From NCBI GenBank assembly GCA_029838215.1, contig JALGVI010000006.1:27698-91697 (forward strand): a DNA stretch of 64,000 nucleotides. The letters run 5' to 3'. Of this stretch, positions 54,340 through 63,885 are shown one piece after another; the first letter of the stretch is position 1; every line of letters begins with the position of its first letter. Source of the stretch: Candidatus Helarchaeota archaeon (GTDB taxonomy: Archaea > Asgardarchaeota > Lokiarchaeia > Helarchaeales > RDOG01). The position numbers and the translations under genes are program-made. The notes under the pieces are model-generated. The model was not told the origin of the DNA. It saw only the letters and a list, made by a program, of their open reading frames with translations, and did not search any database.

Positions 54340-54443
54340 GTGTTTTTGTCAATTTCCGATCTCCTGCAGGAAAAAAATCTTTTTATCTGAAGCAATCATC
54401 TGGAATAATTTTAAAGATGAGGATGATTATTCTTGTAATTGAG

Positions 54444-55301
54444 ATGATTTCCGTGCCGACGTACAGAACTCCCGATGGTGCAAGATTATTTTATGATATT
54501 AAAGGGGATGGCGAAAAACCCATATTCTTCTTGCATGGATGGGGTATATCTTCAGCTTTTTTTTCGGAGCAAGTTGAGCCTTTAATGAGTAACGGATACA
54601 AGATTATTCTTTTGGACTCGAGAATGCACGGAAAAAGCGAAAAAAACCAGAGTGTCATTCCTGAAATTTATAAGGACAACCTACTGGAATTAATGCTTGA
54701 CGATTTCTTTAACTTCAAGAAGGAATTGGGTATTGATGGCGACTACATGCTTTTCGGACATTCTGCGGGAGGTGCCGTTAGCGCATGTATTGCGAACAAG
54801 GATCCCAAGCACGTAAAAGCTCTTGCCATCATAAATAGTTCATATACCATTTCAGAAAACCCTGCAATAATACTTCTCTGGGAATTAGTTCCACTCTTTG
54901 TAAGGGCACTTTACAATCCCTACATTCGTAATGGATATAAAATGGTTCTACGTAGCAAGAGCATTCAATATTCCCTTTCACTTGCACTAGACATACCCCT
55001 GGCAAATCTTCAAGCGTGGATAAATGACATTTTAACGATTCCACGGCAAGCACTCGTGCTCGAATACATGAATTTAAAAAGAGTGAACATAAAAGACATC
55101 ATGAAGAGCATCACGTGTCCCACGTTAATCGTAGCGTCAGACTTGGACTTGATCACACCTGCGATAATGTCTAAGACCATACACGAGTTAATTCACGATT
55201 CAGAATTACATGTCATCAAGAATGCGGGACATTTAGCAATGATCGAACAAAAAGAGGAATTCAATTCGATCCTTCTGGATTTCCTAAAAAGGCATTATTG
55301 A
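54444..55301 (+). CDS. Alpha/beta-fold hydrolase
   Basis: FFLHGWG, nucleophile elbow FGHSAGG, C-terminal NAGHLAM. ORF opens at 54336, but ATG 54444 gives the usual N-terminus. Confidence 0.75.
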   Translation: MISVPTYRTPDGARLFYDIKGDGEKPIFFLHGWGISSAFFSEQVEPLMSNGYKIILLDSRMHGKSEKNQSVIPEIYKDNLLELMLDDFFNFKKELGIDGDYMLFGHSAGGAVSACIANKDPKHVKALAIINSSYTISENPAIILLWELVPLFVRALYNPYIRNGYKMVLRSKSIQYSLSLALDIPLANLQAWINDILTIPRQALVLEYMNLKRVNIKDIMKSITCPTLIVASDLDLITPAIMSKTIHELIHDSELHVIKNAGHLAMIEQKEEFNSILLDFLKRHY

Positions 55302-55316
55302 AAAATAGAAAAAAAA

Positions 55317-56009
55317 TCAGATCTGCCGTTCAAGATTTATGATCTTGATGAGATCACCAACACTTTCTGCGGCATCAGAGATGCTTTCAATGCACTCGAT
55401 CAAATCAGAAATGGCGATGGCAGTAAAGGGAGGAATGGTAACATCATTTCGTCTCTCGATTTCGAGGATCTTTTTTAAGATATTCATGCGGTCGTTATCG
55501 ACGACGTGTTCAACCTTTTTTATTTTAGAAACCATCTCCAAGATAGAATCCGATTCGCTCTCTAATTGCTGTTCGACGGCTTCATGCAGTATTTCGCAAC
55601 CTTCGAGCGTGTCTTTCATGATTAGCAAGAGTTCATCTTCAAATAGTTTCACGAAATCCATGGTTTGTTCTCTTAATAAGAGAGCCATTCGACGTCCGGC
55701 AGCATTTGCTCCATTTGCAACATCATCGAGACGTTTCACGAGATGGGCAAGATCTTCTCGCACCTGAGGCACCATTTCACCCTTTGATAAATCGAGTAAT
55801 ATTTCTCGGCGGATCTCATCGGCTTCATTCTCGATCTGGTTGATTTTTTTTATGGTGTTTTCGACTTTCTTCACGTCTTTATTTAAATATTCTTTAATGG
55901 CACGATTAAGTTCGAAGACACATTCAAAGACTTTCTTCGAATGTTCTTTCGTCCGTTTTATGACTTTTACTTCCCGCTTTGTTTTAAACCACTCTAAAAG
56001 GCTTCCCAT
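55317..56009 (-). CDS. DUF47/PhoU-like helical protein
   Basis: All-helical ~230 aa; the N-terminus MGSLLEWFK...KEHSKKV and the repeated four-helix pattern resemble the DUF47 (TIGR00153) family. ORF opens at 56024. Confidence 0.5.
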   Translation of the reverse strand: MGSLLEWFKTKREVKVIKRTKEHSKKVFECVFELNRAIKEYLNKDVKKVENTIKKINQIENEADEIRREILLDLSKGEMVPQVREDLAHLVKRLDDVANGANAAGRRMALLLREQTMDFVKLFEDELLLIMKDTLEGCEILHEAVEQQLESESDSILEMVSKIKKVEHVVDNDRMNILKKILEIERRNDVTIPPFTAIAISDLIECIESISDAAESVGDLIKIINLERQI

Positions 56010-56181
56010 TGTTTGATCACGCATGTAATTCTAATATAACTGAAGAACTTAAACTAATTTAATTGTATCTATTTTCTTTACTTGAAAATTGAGTATTTTA
56101 GGCTGAAATGCATTAAAAAACCTAAAATTAAAATAAGATTTTAAGGAACAGGAATGATAAAAATAGAAGCAGTGTAAAATC

Positions 56182-56673
56182 ATGCAACCTATCGTTTTAA
56201 AGTCAGGGTTAAGGGTAAAAATTCGTCAATATGAGCACCCAAGAGATTTTGAAGGGGTAGCTGAAATTAACAGGTTATCCCTGCGCGTTTCATTTAATTA
56301 TTTATATGAACCCTTCTCACGAAAGTCCCCTGATTTGTTTTTAGTAGCGGAAGATACGACCAAGTTTAAAAAAATTGGGTTTGTCTTAGTGGACATTAAC
56401 GGTCTTCGAGGGGTAAAACATTCCAGCTTGATTTATGCAATTGCCGTCCATCCTGATTATAGGCGACTTGGAATTGGAAAACTTTTAATTAATGAATTGG
56501 TGCAGCGTCTTCGGACAAACCACGTCAAGATCAAAACAATCTATCTACACGTCCAAGAAACTAATGAAGGAGCAATTACTTTTTACAAGAATTACGGATT
56601 TAAAGAAAAAACTTTTTTAAAGAAGTTCTATTCTTGGGGAGAAGGGGCTTACCGGCTTTATTATGAATTGTAA
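56182..56673 (+). CDS. GNAT-family N-acetyltransferase
   Basis: IAVHPDYRRLGIGKLLI (acetyl-CoA binding R/QxxGxG), NEGAITFYKNYGF. Confidence 0.8.
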   Translation: MQPIVLKSGLRVKIRQYEHPRDFEGVAEINRLSLRVSFNYLYEPFSRKSPDLFLVAEDTTKFKKIGFVLVDINGLRGVKHSSLIYAIAVHPDYRRLGIGKLLINELVQRLRTNHVKIKTIYLHVQETNEGAITFYKNYGFKEKTFLKKFYSWGEGAYRLYYEL

Positions 56674-56720
56674 ACGAGAAAAATATCATTTAATCTAAAA
56701 ATAAAGGAAATGAAGTAAAA

Positions 56721-57941
56721 ATGAGAGCAATACAATTTAAAGCATCTATTCCGCGATTTATTTTTTCAAAAATCACGGGGAAATATGTGGGAAAAGGCAC
56801 GATGTGTCAATTTACAACCAATGCCCCGGAACCACAATTACCCACACCCGAGTGGGTGAAGATCAAGACGAAATTAGGGGGAATTTGTTCTGATGTCAAC
56901 GTGATTTTTTTAAAAGATTCGATCAATTTAGAGCCAATAACATCGTTTAATCCAGCCATAATGGGACATGAAAATCTCGGGACAATTCACGAACTCGGGG
57001 AATCGGTTAGAGGCTTTGAAATAGGCGATCGAGTAATTGCAGATCCCATGTTACCGTGCCCAACTCGGGGTTTTAAATCCGAAAATTATTGCCATTCTTG
57101 CAAACGCGGTGATTTTTCCACCTGTGAGAATTTTACGGAAGGAACAATCGCACCGGGTTTCAACCTTGGTTTTTGTGAATCTGTTGGTGGATCATGGGGC
57201 GATTATTTTTGTGCACATCCCTTCCAGCTTTTTAAAGTTCCGGATAAAATTTCGGATGAAAATGCAATTTTAGTGGATTCTTTCACGGGTGCACTTCACG
57301 CCGTAATGCGGCACCCTCCTAAAGACACGGATGATGTCCTTGTCGTTGGTTGTGGAATTATCGGTCTTCATACCATCCGAGCCTTGAGGATTCTCGGATC
57401 AAAAGCGAGAATAATCGCTTTGGCACGTTATGAATTTCAAGGAATGGAAGCCAAGAATGCCGGAGCAGATGAAGTGATAATTTCTCGAAACAAAAAGGAA
57501 ATATACCGAAAAGTGGCGACACTCACGGATGCAAAAATCAAAAAACCATTTATAGGGAATGAGATAATGATTGGAGGTGCCGATGTTGTTTACGAATGTG
57601 CAGGAACGAATCAGAGCATTGATGATGCAATTCGTTTTACCCGCAACGGAGGAATATTAGTAGCAATTGGCATTCCTGCAGATATCACGATTGATTGGGG
57701 AATGATCGTTTCGTTTGAAATTAACATTGCACCATCTTTCTGCTCTGCTGAAGAAGATTACGAGGAAAAACGCATTCGATGTTATCAGATGGTTTTAGAG
57801 TGGATGGCCGCTGGTAAGTTGGACCTATCGCACATGTTGACACACAAGTTTAGGATTGAAGAATTTAAAAAAGCATTAAAATCAGTTACTCATAAAGGAA
57901 AAAATAAAGTAATCAAAGCAGTTTTTAGCTTTGAAGAATAG
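56721..57941 (+). CDS. Zinc-dependent medium-chain dehydrogenase/reductase
   Basis: GHENLGTIHELGESV...GDRV, structural-Zn Cys cluster CHSCKRGDFSTC, Rossmann VVGCGIIGL. Confidence 0.8.
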   Translation: MRAIQFKASIPRFIFSKITGKYVGKGTMCQFTTNAPEPQLPTPEWVKIKTKLGGICSDVNVIFLKDSINLEPITSFNPAIMGHENLGTIHELGESVRGFEIGDRVIADPMLPCPTRGFKSENYCHSCKRGDFSTCENFTEGTIAPGFNLGFCESVGGSWGDYFCAHPFQLFKVPDKISDENAILVDSFTGALHAVMRHPPKDTDDVLVVGCGIIGLHTIRALRILGSKARIIALARYEFQGMEAKNAGADEVIISRNKKEIYRKVATLTDAKIKKPFIGNEIMIGGADVVYECAGTNQSIDDAIRFTRNGGILVAIGIPADITIDWGMIVSFEINIAPSFCSAEEDYEEKRIRCYQMVLEWMAAGKLDLSHMLTHKFRIEEFKKALKSVTHKGKNKVIKAVFSFEE

Positions 57942-57953
57942 AGGAGTTTGAAA

Positions 57954-58697
57954 ATGGTAACATGGCAGGATAACATCGATCTTAAACGAATCATTGTCTT
58001 GGGCACGGTCATTTTACTAACAATTGCCTATTACTTTCTTGCACTTGCATACATCCCCATTTCCCCCACTCAGAAAAATCTAATTTTTTTCCAGGCTTTA
58101 TTCGGCTGGCTTCCGCTTGCGGATTTTTGGCAATACATCTTTCAATTCGTTCTTGCTTTTTTATTCTTTTTTATAATTCCTGTTCTATTGATCAGGTTTT
58201 ATTTCAAGGAGGATTTGAAGGATTATGGTTTTTCCTTAAAGGAGCGAAAGCTCATCCTCATCTTCTCGGTATTGGCGGTAGCGATCATGGTTCCACTTGC
58301 AATATACCAGTCAATGGACGTTACCTTTCAATTGGCTTATCCGATGTCAAAACTCGTCGTGAATAACATTTTCCTACTTATCATATATGAAACATGTTAT
58401 GTTGTCTTCTATTATTTGTCATATGAAACGATTTTTAGAGGATTTTTGCAATTTGGGTTGAAACGCGAAGACACGACTAATAAGGGACTTTGGTTGATCA
58501 TTGCAATCCAGACTGTAATCACCGTCCTGTTCCATATTGGAAAACCCATCATGGAGATCATGGGTGCACTGATTGCAGGAATAATCTTTGGTTATATTGC
58601 TTTAAAAGCAAAATCCATTTATCCCGTCTTGCTAGGACACGCTTTATTGGGAGTTGTTTTAGATGTTTGTAGCGTTTTTTGGAGCGTGATCCCGTGA
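57954..58697 (+). CDS. CPBP-family (CAAX-type) intramembrane protease-like protein
   Basis: Polytopic. SYETIFRGFL (EExxxR-like), FHIGK, LLGHALLGVV. ORF opens at TTG 57948. Confidence 0.6.
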   Translation: MVTWQDNIDLKRIIVLGTVILLTIAYYFLALAYIPISPTQKNLIFFQALFGWLPLADFWQYIFQFVLAFLFFFIIPVLLIRFYFKEDLKDYGFSLKERKLILIFSVLAVAIMVPLAIYQSMDVTFQLAYPMSKLVVNNIFLLIIYETCYVVFYYLSYETIFRGFLQFGLKREDTTNKGLWLIIAIQTVITVLFHIGKPIMEIMGALIAGIIFGYIALKAKSIYPVLLGHALLGVVLDVCSVFWSVIP

Positions 58698-59692
58698 AAT
58701 TTCTCGTGACGGGAGTGAATGGGTTCATTGGCTCGAATTTGACAAGACATCTCCTAAACAAAGGACACCAAGTGCGGGGATTGATCTTGCCTGGAACCGA
58801 TGAAACTTTTTTAGAAGGCCTTGAAGTCGAAAAAGTCTATGGTGATTTGACCAAACCCGAAACATTAACCGGTATTGTAGAAGGAGTGGATGTCGTGATC
58901 CACTTGGCTGCTAAGGTAGCGGAATGGGGACCTGAAGAATCGTTTAAGATTCTAAATTTTGAAGCCACTCAAACAATGTTGGATCTTGCCATCACGAATG
59001 GCGTGAAGCGATTCGTGTACATGTCATCACTAACAGTCCATGGGTTGAAAAATTTTGACAATGCGACTGAGGACACGCCTTATGAGCCGTGCAATTATTA
59101 CGCATTGTACAAGAAGAAATCGGAAGACTTACTTAATGAGTACCATTCTAAAAAGAAAATTGAAGTGGTCATAATTCGACCGGGATTTGTCATCTTTGGC
59201 CCAAATGATCGCATGTTCAGTCTCGAAGTCTATCAAAGATATGCCAAAAAGAATGGAATGCCGGTTATAAATAAGGGTAAGGCACTCACCTGTTATTCTT
59301 ATGTTGAGAATTTAGTCGATGGACTTATCTTGGTGAGTGAACATCCTAAAGCCGCAGGAAACACGTATATTTTAAGCGACGGTCCAAATATTTCATGGAA
59401 GGAATTTAATAATGAAATGTTTCGCCCGCTAGGAAAGGAAATAAAATTATCAAGCGTGCCCTATTGGTTGGCTTATCTCGGAGCAGGTTTGATGGAAGGA
59501 ATCTACAAGTTATTCAGGCGCAAGAGCCCTCCGTTGATTACACTATACATGATCAAGGTTCAATCACGTGATCTTTCTTTCAGTAATCAGAAAATCATGC
59601 AAGAATTAGGTTATGAGCCAAAAATTTCAATTCAAGAAGGTTTTTTACGGACTTATGAATGGTTTTTACAAGTCGCCAAGGACGGAGAATAA
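58694..59692 (+). CDS. NAD-dependent epimerase/dehydratase (extended SDR)
   Basis: VTGVNGFIGSNL (GxxGxxG), YYALYKKKSE (YxxxK). GTG 58694 gives the canonical N-terminus; the ORF opens at 58679. Confidence 0.8.
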   Translation: MKFLVTGVNGFIGSNLTRHLLNKGHQVRGLILPGTDETFLEGLEVEKVYGDLTKPETLTGIVEGVDVVIHLAAKVAEWGPEESFKILNFEATQTMLDLAITNGVKRFVYMSSLTVHGLKNFDNATEDTPYEPCNYYALYKKKSEDLLNEYHSKKKIEVVIIRPGFVIFGPNDRMFSLEVYQRYAKKNGMPVINKGKALTCYSYVENLVDGLILVSEHPKAAGNTYILSDGPNISWKEFNNEMFRPLGKEIKLSSVPYWLAYLGAGLMEGIYKLFRRKSPPLITLYMIKVQSRDLSFSNQKIMQELGYEPKISIQEGFLRTYEWFLQVAKDGE

Positions 59693-60571
59693 ATGAAAAG
59701 ACCAAAAATTTACTTAAATTTGGGATTTCCAAACTCGATAATGAAGCACAAGAATAAACCAATTGATGGCGTTGGACTTTTTCGAATTGAATTCATGATC
59801 GCCACGTATGTGGGACAGCACCCTGCTTGGTTGTTAGACAAGGGAAAAGGTGAGTTTTATCTCAACAAGATCATTGATGGCATTGAAACGGTTGCTCGAG
59901 AAATTTATCCCAAGCCCGTCGTAATGCGATTTTCAGATTTCAAAACAAATGAATACAGAGACTTGCTCGGTGGAACTGAATACGAAATACACGAAGAAAA
60001 TCCAATGATGGGATGGCGAGGGGCTTCCAGATTTATCTCAGAAAAATTTAATGCCATATTTCGAACGGAATGTCAAGCAGTTACTTGGATTCGAGAAAAT
60101 TTTGATAATTTATGGGTCATGATACCCTTCTTAAGGAGCGTAGAAGAGGCACAAAAATGCCTTGACATCATGAAATCAGAAGGGCTAAAAAGGAGTGACA
60201 CATTCAAGATATGGTTGATGGCAGAAACTCCCGCATTCGCTTTACAAATTCAAGAATTCAATAAACTGAATATCGATGGATATAGCATTGGTTCTAATGA
60301 CTTGTGTCAATTCATTCTTGCGGTAGATCGGGATAACGCAGACTTGCAAAGAATGGGCTACTTTAATGAAGAACATCCCGCAGTAATTAAAGCGATTGAA
60401 ATGATCGTTAAAGGAGCGCACGAAGCAAACAAGACGTGCTCAATATGCGGTGAACGCATTTCAAATTCGTTTTCGTTATTAGATAAATTAATGGAATGGG
60501 AAATCGATAGCATCTCTTTAAATGCAGACGCAGTCCAAAAAGTACACGATTACATCAATTCAAAATTTTAA
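59693..60571 (+). CDS. Stand-alone PEP-utilising enzyme TIM-barrel domain (C-terminal domain of PEP synthase/PPDK)
   Basis: GVGLFRIEFMI, NPMMGWRGASR, MIPFLRSVEEA, IGSNDLCQF, SICGE. ATG directly follows the stop of the SDR gene. Confidence 0.8.
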   Translation: MKRPKIYLNLGFPNSIMKHKNKPIDGVGLFRIEFMIATYVGQHPAWLLDKGKGEFYLNKIIDGIETVAREIYPKPVVMRFSDFKTNEYRDLLGGTEYEIHEENPMMGWRGASRFISEKFNAIFRTECQAVTWIRENFDNLWVMIPFLRSVEEAQKCLDIMKSEGLKRSDTFKIWLMAETPAFALQIQEFNKLNIDGYSIGSNDLCQFILAVDRDNADLQRMGYFNEEHPAVIKAIEMIVKGAHEANKTCSICGERISNSFSLLDKLMEWEIDSISLNADAVQKVHDYINSKF

Positions 60572-60573
60572 AC

Positions 60574-60873
60574 TCATAAGTAATGATAAAAACGCATTAA
60601 AAAAAACGAAGTAATGGCATTTATTCTTCGATTCCAAGATTTTCGGTCAATTTCCACTTCATTTTCATTAAATTTTTTTAATGTTTCTTGTAGCAACAGG
60701 ATTTCGCGGTAAATATTCTCCGTGATTAGACCATTTTTGAAAAATAGATCTAATACTTTAGGGAAATTAGTTCCGATGTCGTCTAATCGCTCATCTCTCA
60801 GGTTTAATCCTTGGTTCAATTCAAAAAGAAGAGATTTTAGTTTTTCAAATCCAGCTTGAAAATCACGTGCCAT
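60574..60873 (-). CDS. Hypothetical 99-aa helical protein
   Basis: ORF 12 nt downstream of the swivel-domain gene on the same strand. No motif recognised. Confidence 0.4.
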   Translation of the reverse strand: MARDFQAGFEKLKSLLFELNQGLNLRDERLDDIGTNFPKVLDLFFKNGLITENIYREILLLQETLKKFNENEVEIDRKSWNRRINAITSFFLMRFYHYL

Positions 60874-60885
60874 TTTTCATTCCAT

Positions 60886-61254
60886 TCAGTCGTTCCAGAC
60901 TAATACTATACCCGTCTCATCATCAGCTTCCGTGCGCATCTTGATCTTCTTTCCATCCATTTCCTTGAACGTCATTTTGAGATTGCACGCCATGAAAGCA
61001 GGAATTTCAAATTCACGAGATACGATAGCCAAGTGAGATCCTGTCGATCCGCTTGAACATATCACGCCAGTAATTCTGCTCAGAATGGGACCTAGCGTGG
61101 TTGTTCCAGCCTGCTCCACTAAACATATCTTCCCTTCGGCTTCACCTTGTATCAATTCAATGACATCATTAACATCTTTTATGTATTTTGCCTGTCCAGT
61201 TACTTCATTTTTGGTGGAACAGGACAAACCAGATCCAATTTCTTCGAACGCCAT
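60886..61254 (-). CDS. Stand-alone PEP-utilising enzyme mobile (phosphohistidine swivel) domain
   Basis: GVICSSGSTGSHLAIVSREFEIPA matches the G-G-x-T-S-H-A-A-I-x-A-R-E-x-G-I-P swivel motif, including the His. Confidence 0.75.
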   Translation of the reverse strand: MAFEEIGSGLSCSTKNEVTGQAKYIKDVNDVIELIQGEAEGKICLVEQAGTTTLGPILSRITGVICSSGSTGSHLAIVSREFEIPAFMACNLKMTFKEMDGKKIKMRTEADDETGIVLVWND

Positions 61255-61361
61255 TCAAATTCAACTCTTTATCCTTCAAGTTTTCCAAGATATTACTCAA
61301 AGACAAAATTCATAATTATCAATCCTTAAAAAATCTTATGACTGACGTAAATCGAGTTATT

Positions 61362-62006
61362 TTATGCCTTAAATGAATCCACGTGATATCCTAAAATGCG
61401 CTCCTTGTCAGAACCAAGAATTTGAAAATCAAAATGCTCTGGTTCGCTAGGAAAATATTCATTTATGATGAAACAGGGCTTCTTAAGATGGTAAATGACG
61501 TATGCCCTATGCAAGATGAATTGGTTTGCAGAAGGAAAGATCTTGCGAAAAAACGGAAATTTTTTAACTTCAAATTTATTAAAAAACAGGATTTCACGAA
61601 ATGTTTCAAGCTTCTCAGCAGAAATGATCATTCCAATTCCAAAATCAGTATGATCTAGTTTATGCAGTACGGCGGGCGTTAAATTATCCACGTAAATAAT
61701 GCTCAGGGCATAGACCAGATTGGTGCCTGTCTTCGCACTTTGAAGAATTACCTCTCGATACTTGAAATTCTCGGGTGACCGCCCATCATTTACGTTTTTA
61801 ACATATAATTCGTGCTTCTCAAGGTCATCCCATAAAAAACAAGAGTTAAGGGCGGGCTTGATGATGTTAATAATAGAACCCGTCCATTGTCGAAGAACCT
61901 GCGTGACAGTTCCATCAGTATGTAACAGGATCCGGTGCAAAGGACTCAATTCTTCTTCTTTGATCGGAAGTACAGCCATCACCACGTTTTTTTTGAAATG
62001 AGTCAT
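61362..62006 (-). CDS. Chorismate-lyase/UTRA-fold-like protein (DUF98-like)
   Basis: LSPLHRILLHTDGTVTQVLRQWTG resembles the N-terminal block of the chorismate pyruvate-lyase/DUF98 family. Weak, motif-only call. Confidence 0.4.
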   Translation of the reverse strand: MTHFKKNVVMAVLPIKEEELSPLHRILLHTDGTVTQVLRQWTGSIINIIKPALNSCFLWDDLEKHELYVKNVNDGRSPENFKYREVILQSAKTGTNLVYALSIIYVDNLTPAVLHKLDHTDFGIGMIISAEKLETFREILFFNKFEVKKFPFFRKIFPSANQFILHRAYVIYHLKKPCFIINEYFPSEPEHFDFQILGSDKERILGYHVDSFKA

Positions 62007-62128
62007 AATAAAACTTACAAAAAAATCTTGTAAAATTTGAATTTAAATCTTTAAAACGATAAAATCCAACTTTTTACAAAAATAAAACGACTAAATTTTC
62101 CAAAATCGTCAAGAAATAGAAATAAATC

Positions 62129-62293
62129 TTAAACTTGAACCATCAAGGATCTTTTTAATACTAAAATATCGTCTTCTAACCGGAATATTTCTGCCTTTAG
62201 TTGCTGTATTTCGCTAGAAAGTCCTAAAACGATTCTAACTAAATCATTTTTACTAAAAGTTTCATAAATTGATTCTAGAAATTGTTCATCCAT
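62129..62293 (-). CDS. Possible 54-aa coiled-coil micro-protein (below the ORF-track cutoff)
   Basis: ATG at 62293 to TAA at 62131-62129: MDEQFLESIYETFSKNDLVRIVLGLSSEIQQLKAEIFRLEDDILVLKRSLMVQV. No other ORF in a 400-nt gap. Confidence 0.3.
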   Translation of the reverse strand: MDEQFLESIYETFSKNDLVRIVLGLSSEIQQLKAEIFRLEDDILVLKRSLMVQV

Positions 62294-62404
62294 TTATAAT
62301 CATCTTTCGTGCATACATATAAGAATTAAGCAGTGAATCGAGAGTTTTGTTATAATTTTTGTGTAAACATCTGTGCACTCGTGCATGATATTCGTGAAAA
62401 AAAG

Positions 62405-63175
62405 CTACAACATGATTCGCATCAAGTCATGACCAATGATTACATTGCCGGAAAATTCTTGCTTGATTATTTTTTCCATGGAGATCAGTTCGGCTTCGCA
62501 GACAGGATAAAAATGCGTCAGCACGAGGTTTTTCACGTTCGTATCATTTGCAATCTGGATTAAATCTTTAGGAGTGACATGACTTCCAGTTTCGATTCCA
62601 TCGGGAAAGGAACATTCATGAATGAGATAATCGCAACCAGTCGCGAGATCAATCAACGCAGGTGCTGGGGCAGTATCACCACTACACGTGATGGAATGTT
62701 CAGGAGAATCAAAACGAAAAGCAATCGATGGAATGCCGTGCACGGTTGGAGCAACACTGACTCGTATATCTTCCTGTTGAAAAATCACGCCGTGCTCGCA
62801 ATCCTGACTTTTAAGGAAATTAAAAACGACATTTAAATAATTAAAAACGTCTGAAAACAGCACGTTAAGAAAAGATGTCGTTCCAGAGGGACCGTAAACG
62901 TGGAATTCTCGAACTCGCTTCAACATTAATAATTCTTTTAGGATTATGGAAATATCGGAAACATGGTCAACGTGTAAATGCGTAAGGAATATGTGATCAA
63001 GGTTCGTGATCTCCATTTCCGGAATCTTTGCGAGTTGTCGTTGAGTCCCGGGACCACAATCTATCAAAAATGGCTTTCCCTTTAACATTATTAGAATCCC
63101 CGGAGACAGTCTTTTAGCAGATGAAAGTGCAGTACCCGTTCCCAACAAGATGATTTGATCGCGAATTTCAATCAA
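62405..63175 (-). CDS. Metallo-beta-lactamase-fold hydrolase (RNase Z/ElaC-like size and motifs)
   Basis: LGTGTA, FLIDCGPGT, LTHLHVDHVSD (HxHxDH), HECSF, LTHF. Confidence 0.75.
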   Translation of the reverse strand: MIEIRDQIILLGTGTALSSAKRLSPGILIMLKGKPFLIDCGPGTQRQLAKIPEMEITNLDHIFLTHLHVDHVSDISIILKELLMLKRVREFHVYGPSGTTSFLNVLFSDVFNYLNVVFNFLKSQDCEHGVIFQQEDIRVSVAPTVHGIPSIAFRFDSPEHSITCSGDTAPAPALIDLATGCDYLIHECSFPDGIETGSHVTPKDLIQIANDTNVKNLVLTHFYPVCEAELISMEKIIKQEFSGNVIIGHDLMRIML

Positions 63176-63465
63176 TCCTCCAATTTCAAATACAGAATTT
63201 TATATAAAAAAGTGTTTAATTAAAAAAAGAATTTGTTCGATATCCCTTAAAAAAAATACCATTATAATTCCAACTTTCCTCATTTTCAATAAGTTCGATA
63301 AAATATCATTATATTTTTATTGAAAAAACAACTTTATAATCGTGTGGCAAGTAGTCACAAGAGTTAAAAATATGAAAATAGACCCGAAAAAAAAGGTTAT
63401 TATCCGACAGAAATACGTGCAATAACTTAAAATTAAAAAAAAAGAATGAAAGGAATTGTATTGAC

Positions 63466-63885
63466 ATGTCCACCCAAGAATTGAATTTTAAGCTTCTCGG
63501 AGGACTTCCCAAACAAACAATCCTGAATCGAACTTCTGCAGAAACGGGTATTGTTCACGGAATTCTCCTGCGAAACAAGAAAAAAGGACTTGCAGTTTTT
63601 ATTTCAATGATATCATTAAAACCCGGTGCTCGGAGCAAAGCAGATGCTGATGACAAACCAACGATCATTGGAGGATTCACGAGTGAAGACATAAAGGAAG
63701 AACTTCGCAAGCTTAAAAAACAGAAATGGGTACCGATCGGTCACTTGCAGATAGATATTGGGCGGAAAGCCGTAAAACGGTATCTTGAGGGTGGTACAGA
63801 ATTTGCACTTGTAGATTTGGAAACACTGCTTGAGAACCAACAAGACGAAACGAAATCTAAAGAATATCTTTCTTATTTCACCTAA
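63466..63885 (+). CDS. Hypothetical protein
   Basis: 139-aa ORF, no motif recognised. Confidence 0.4.
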   Translation: MSTQELNFKLLGGLPKQTILNRTSAETGIVHGILLRNKKKGLAVFISMISLKPGARSKADADDKPTIIGGFTSEDIKEELRKLKKQKWVPIGHLQIDIGRKAVKRYLEGGTEFALVDLETLLENQQDETKSKEYLSYFT

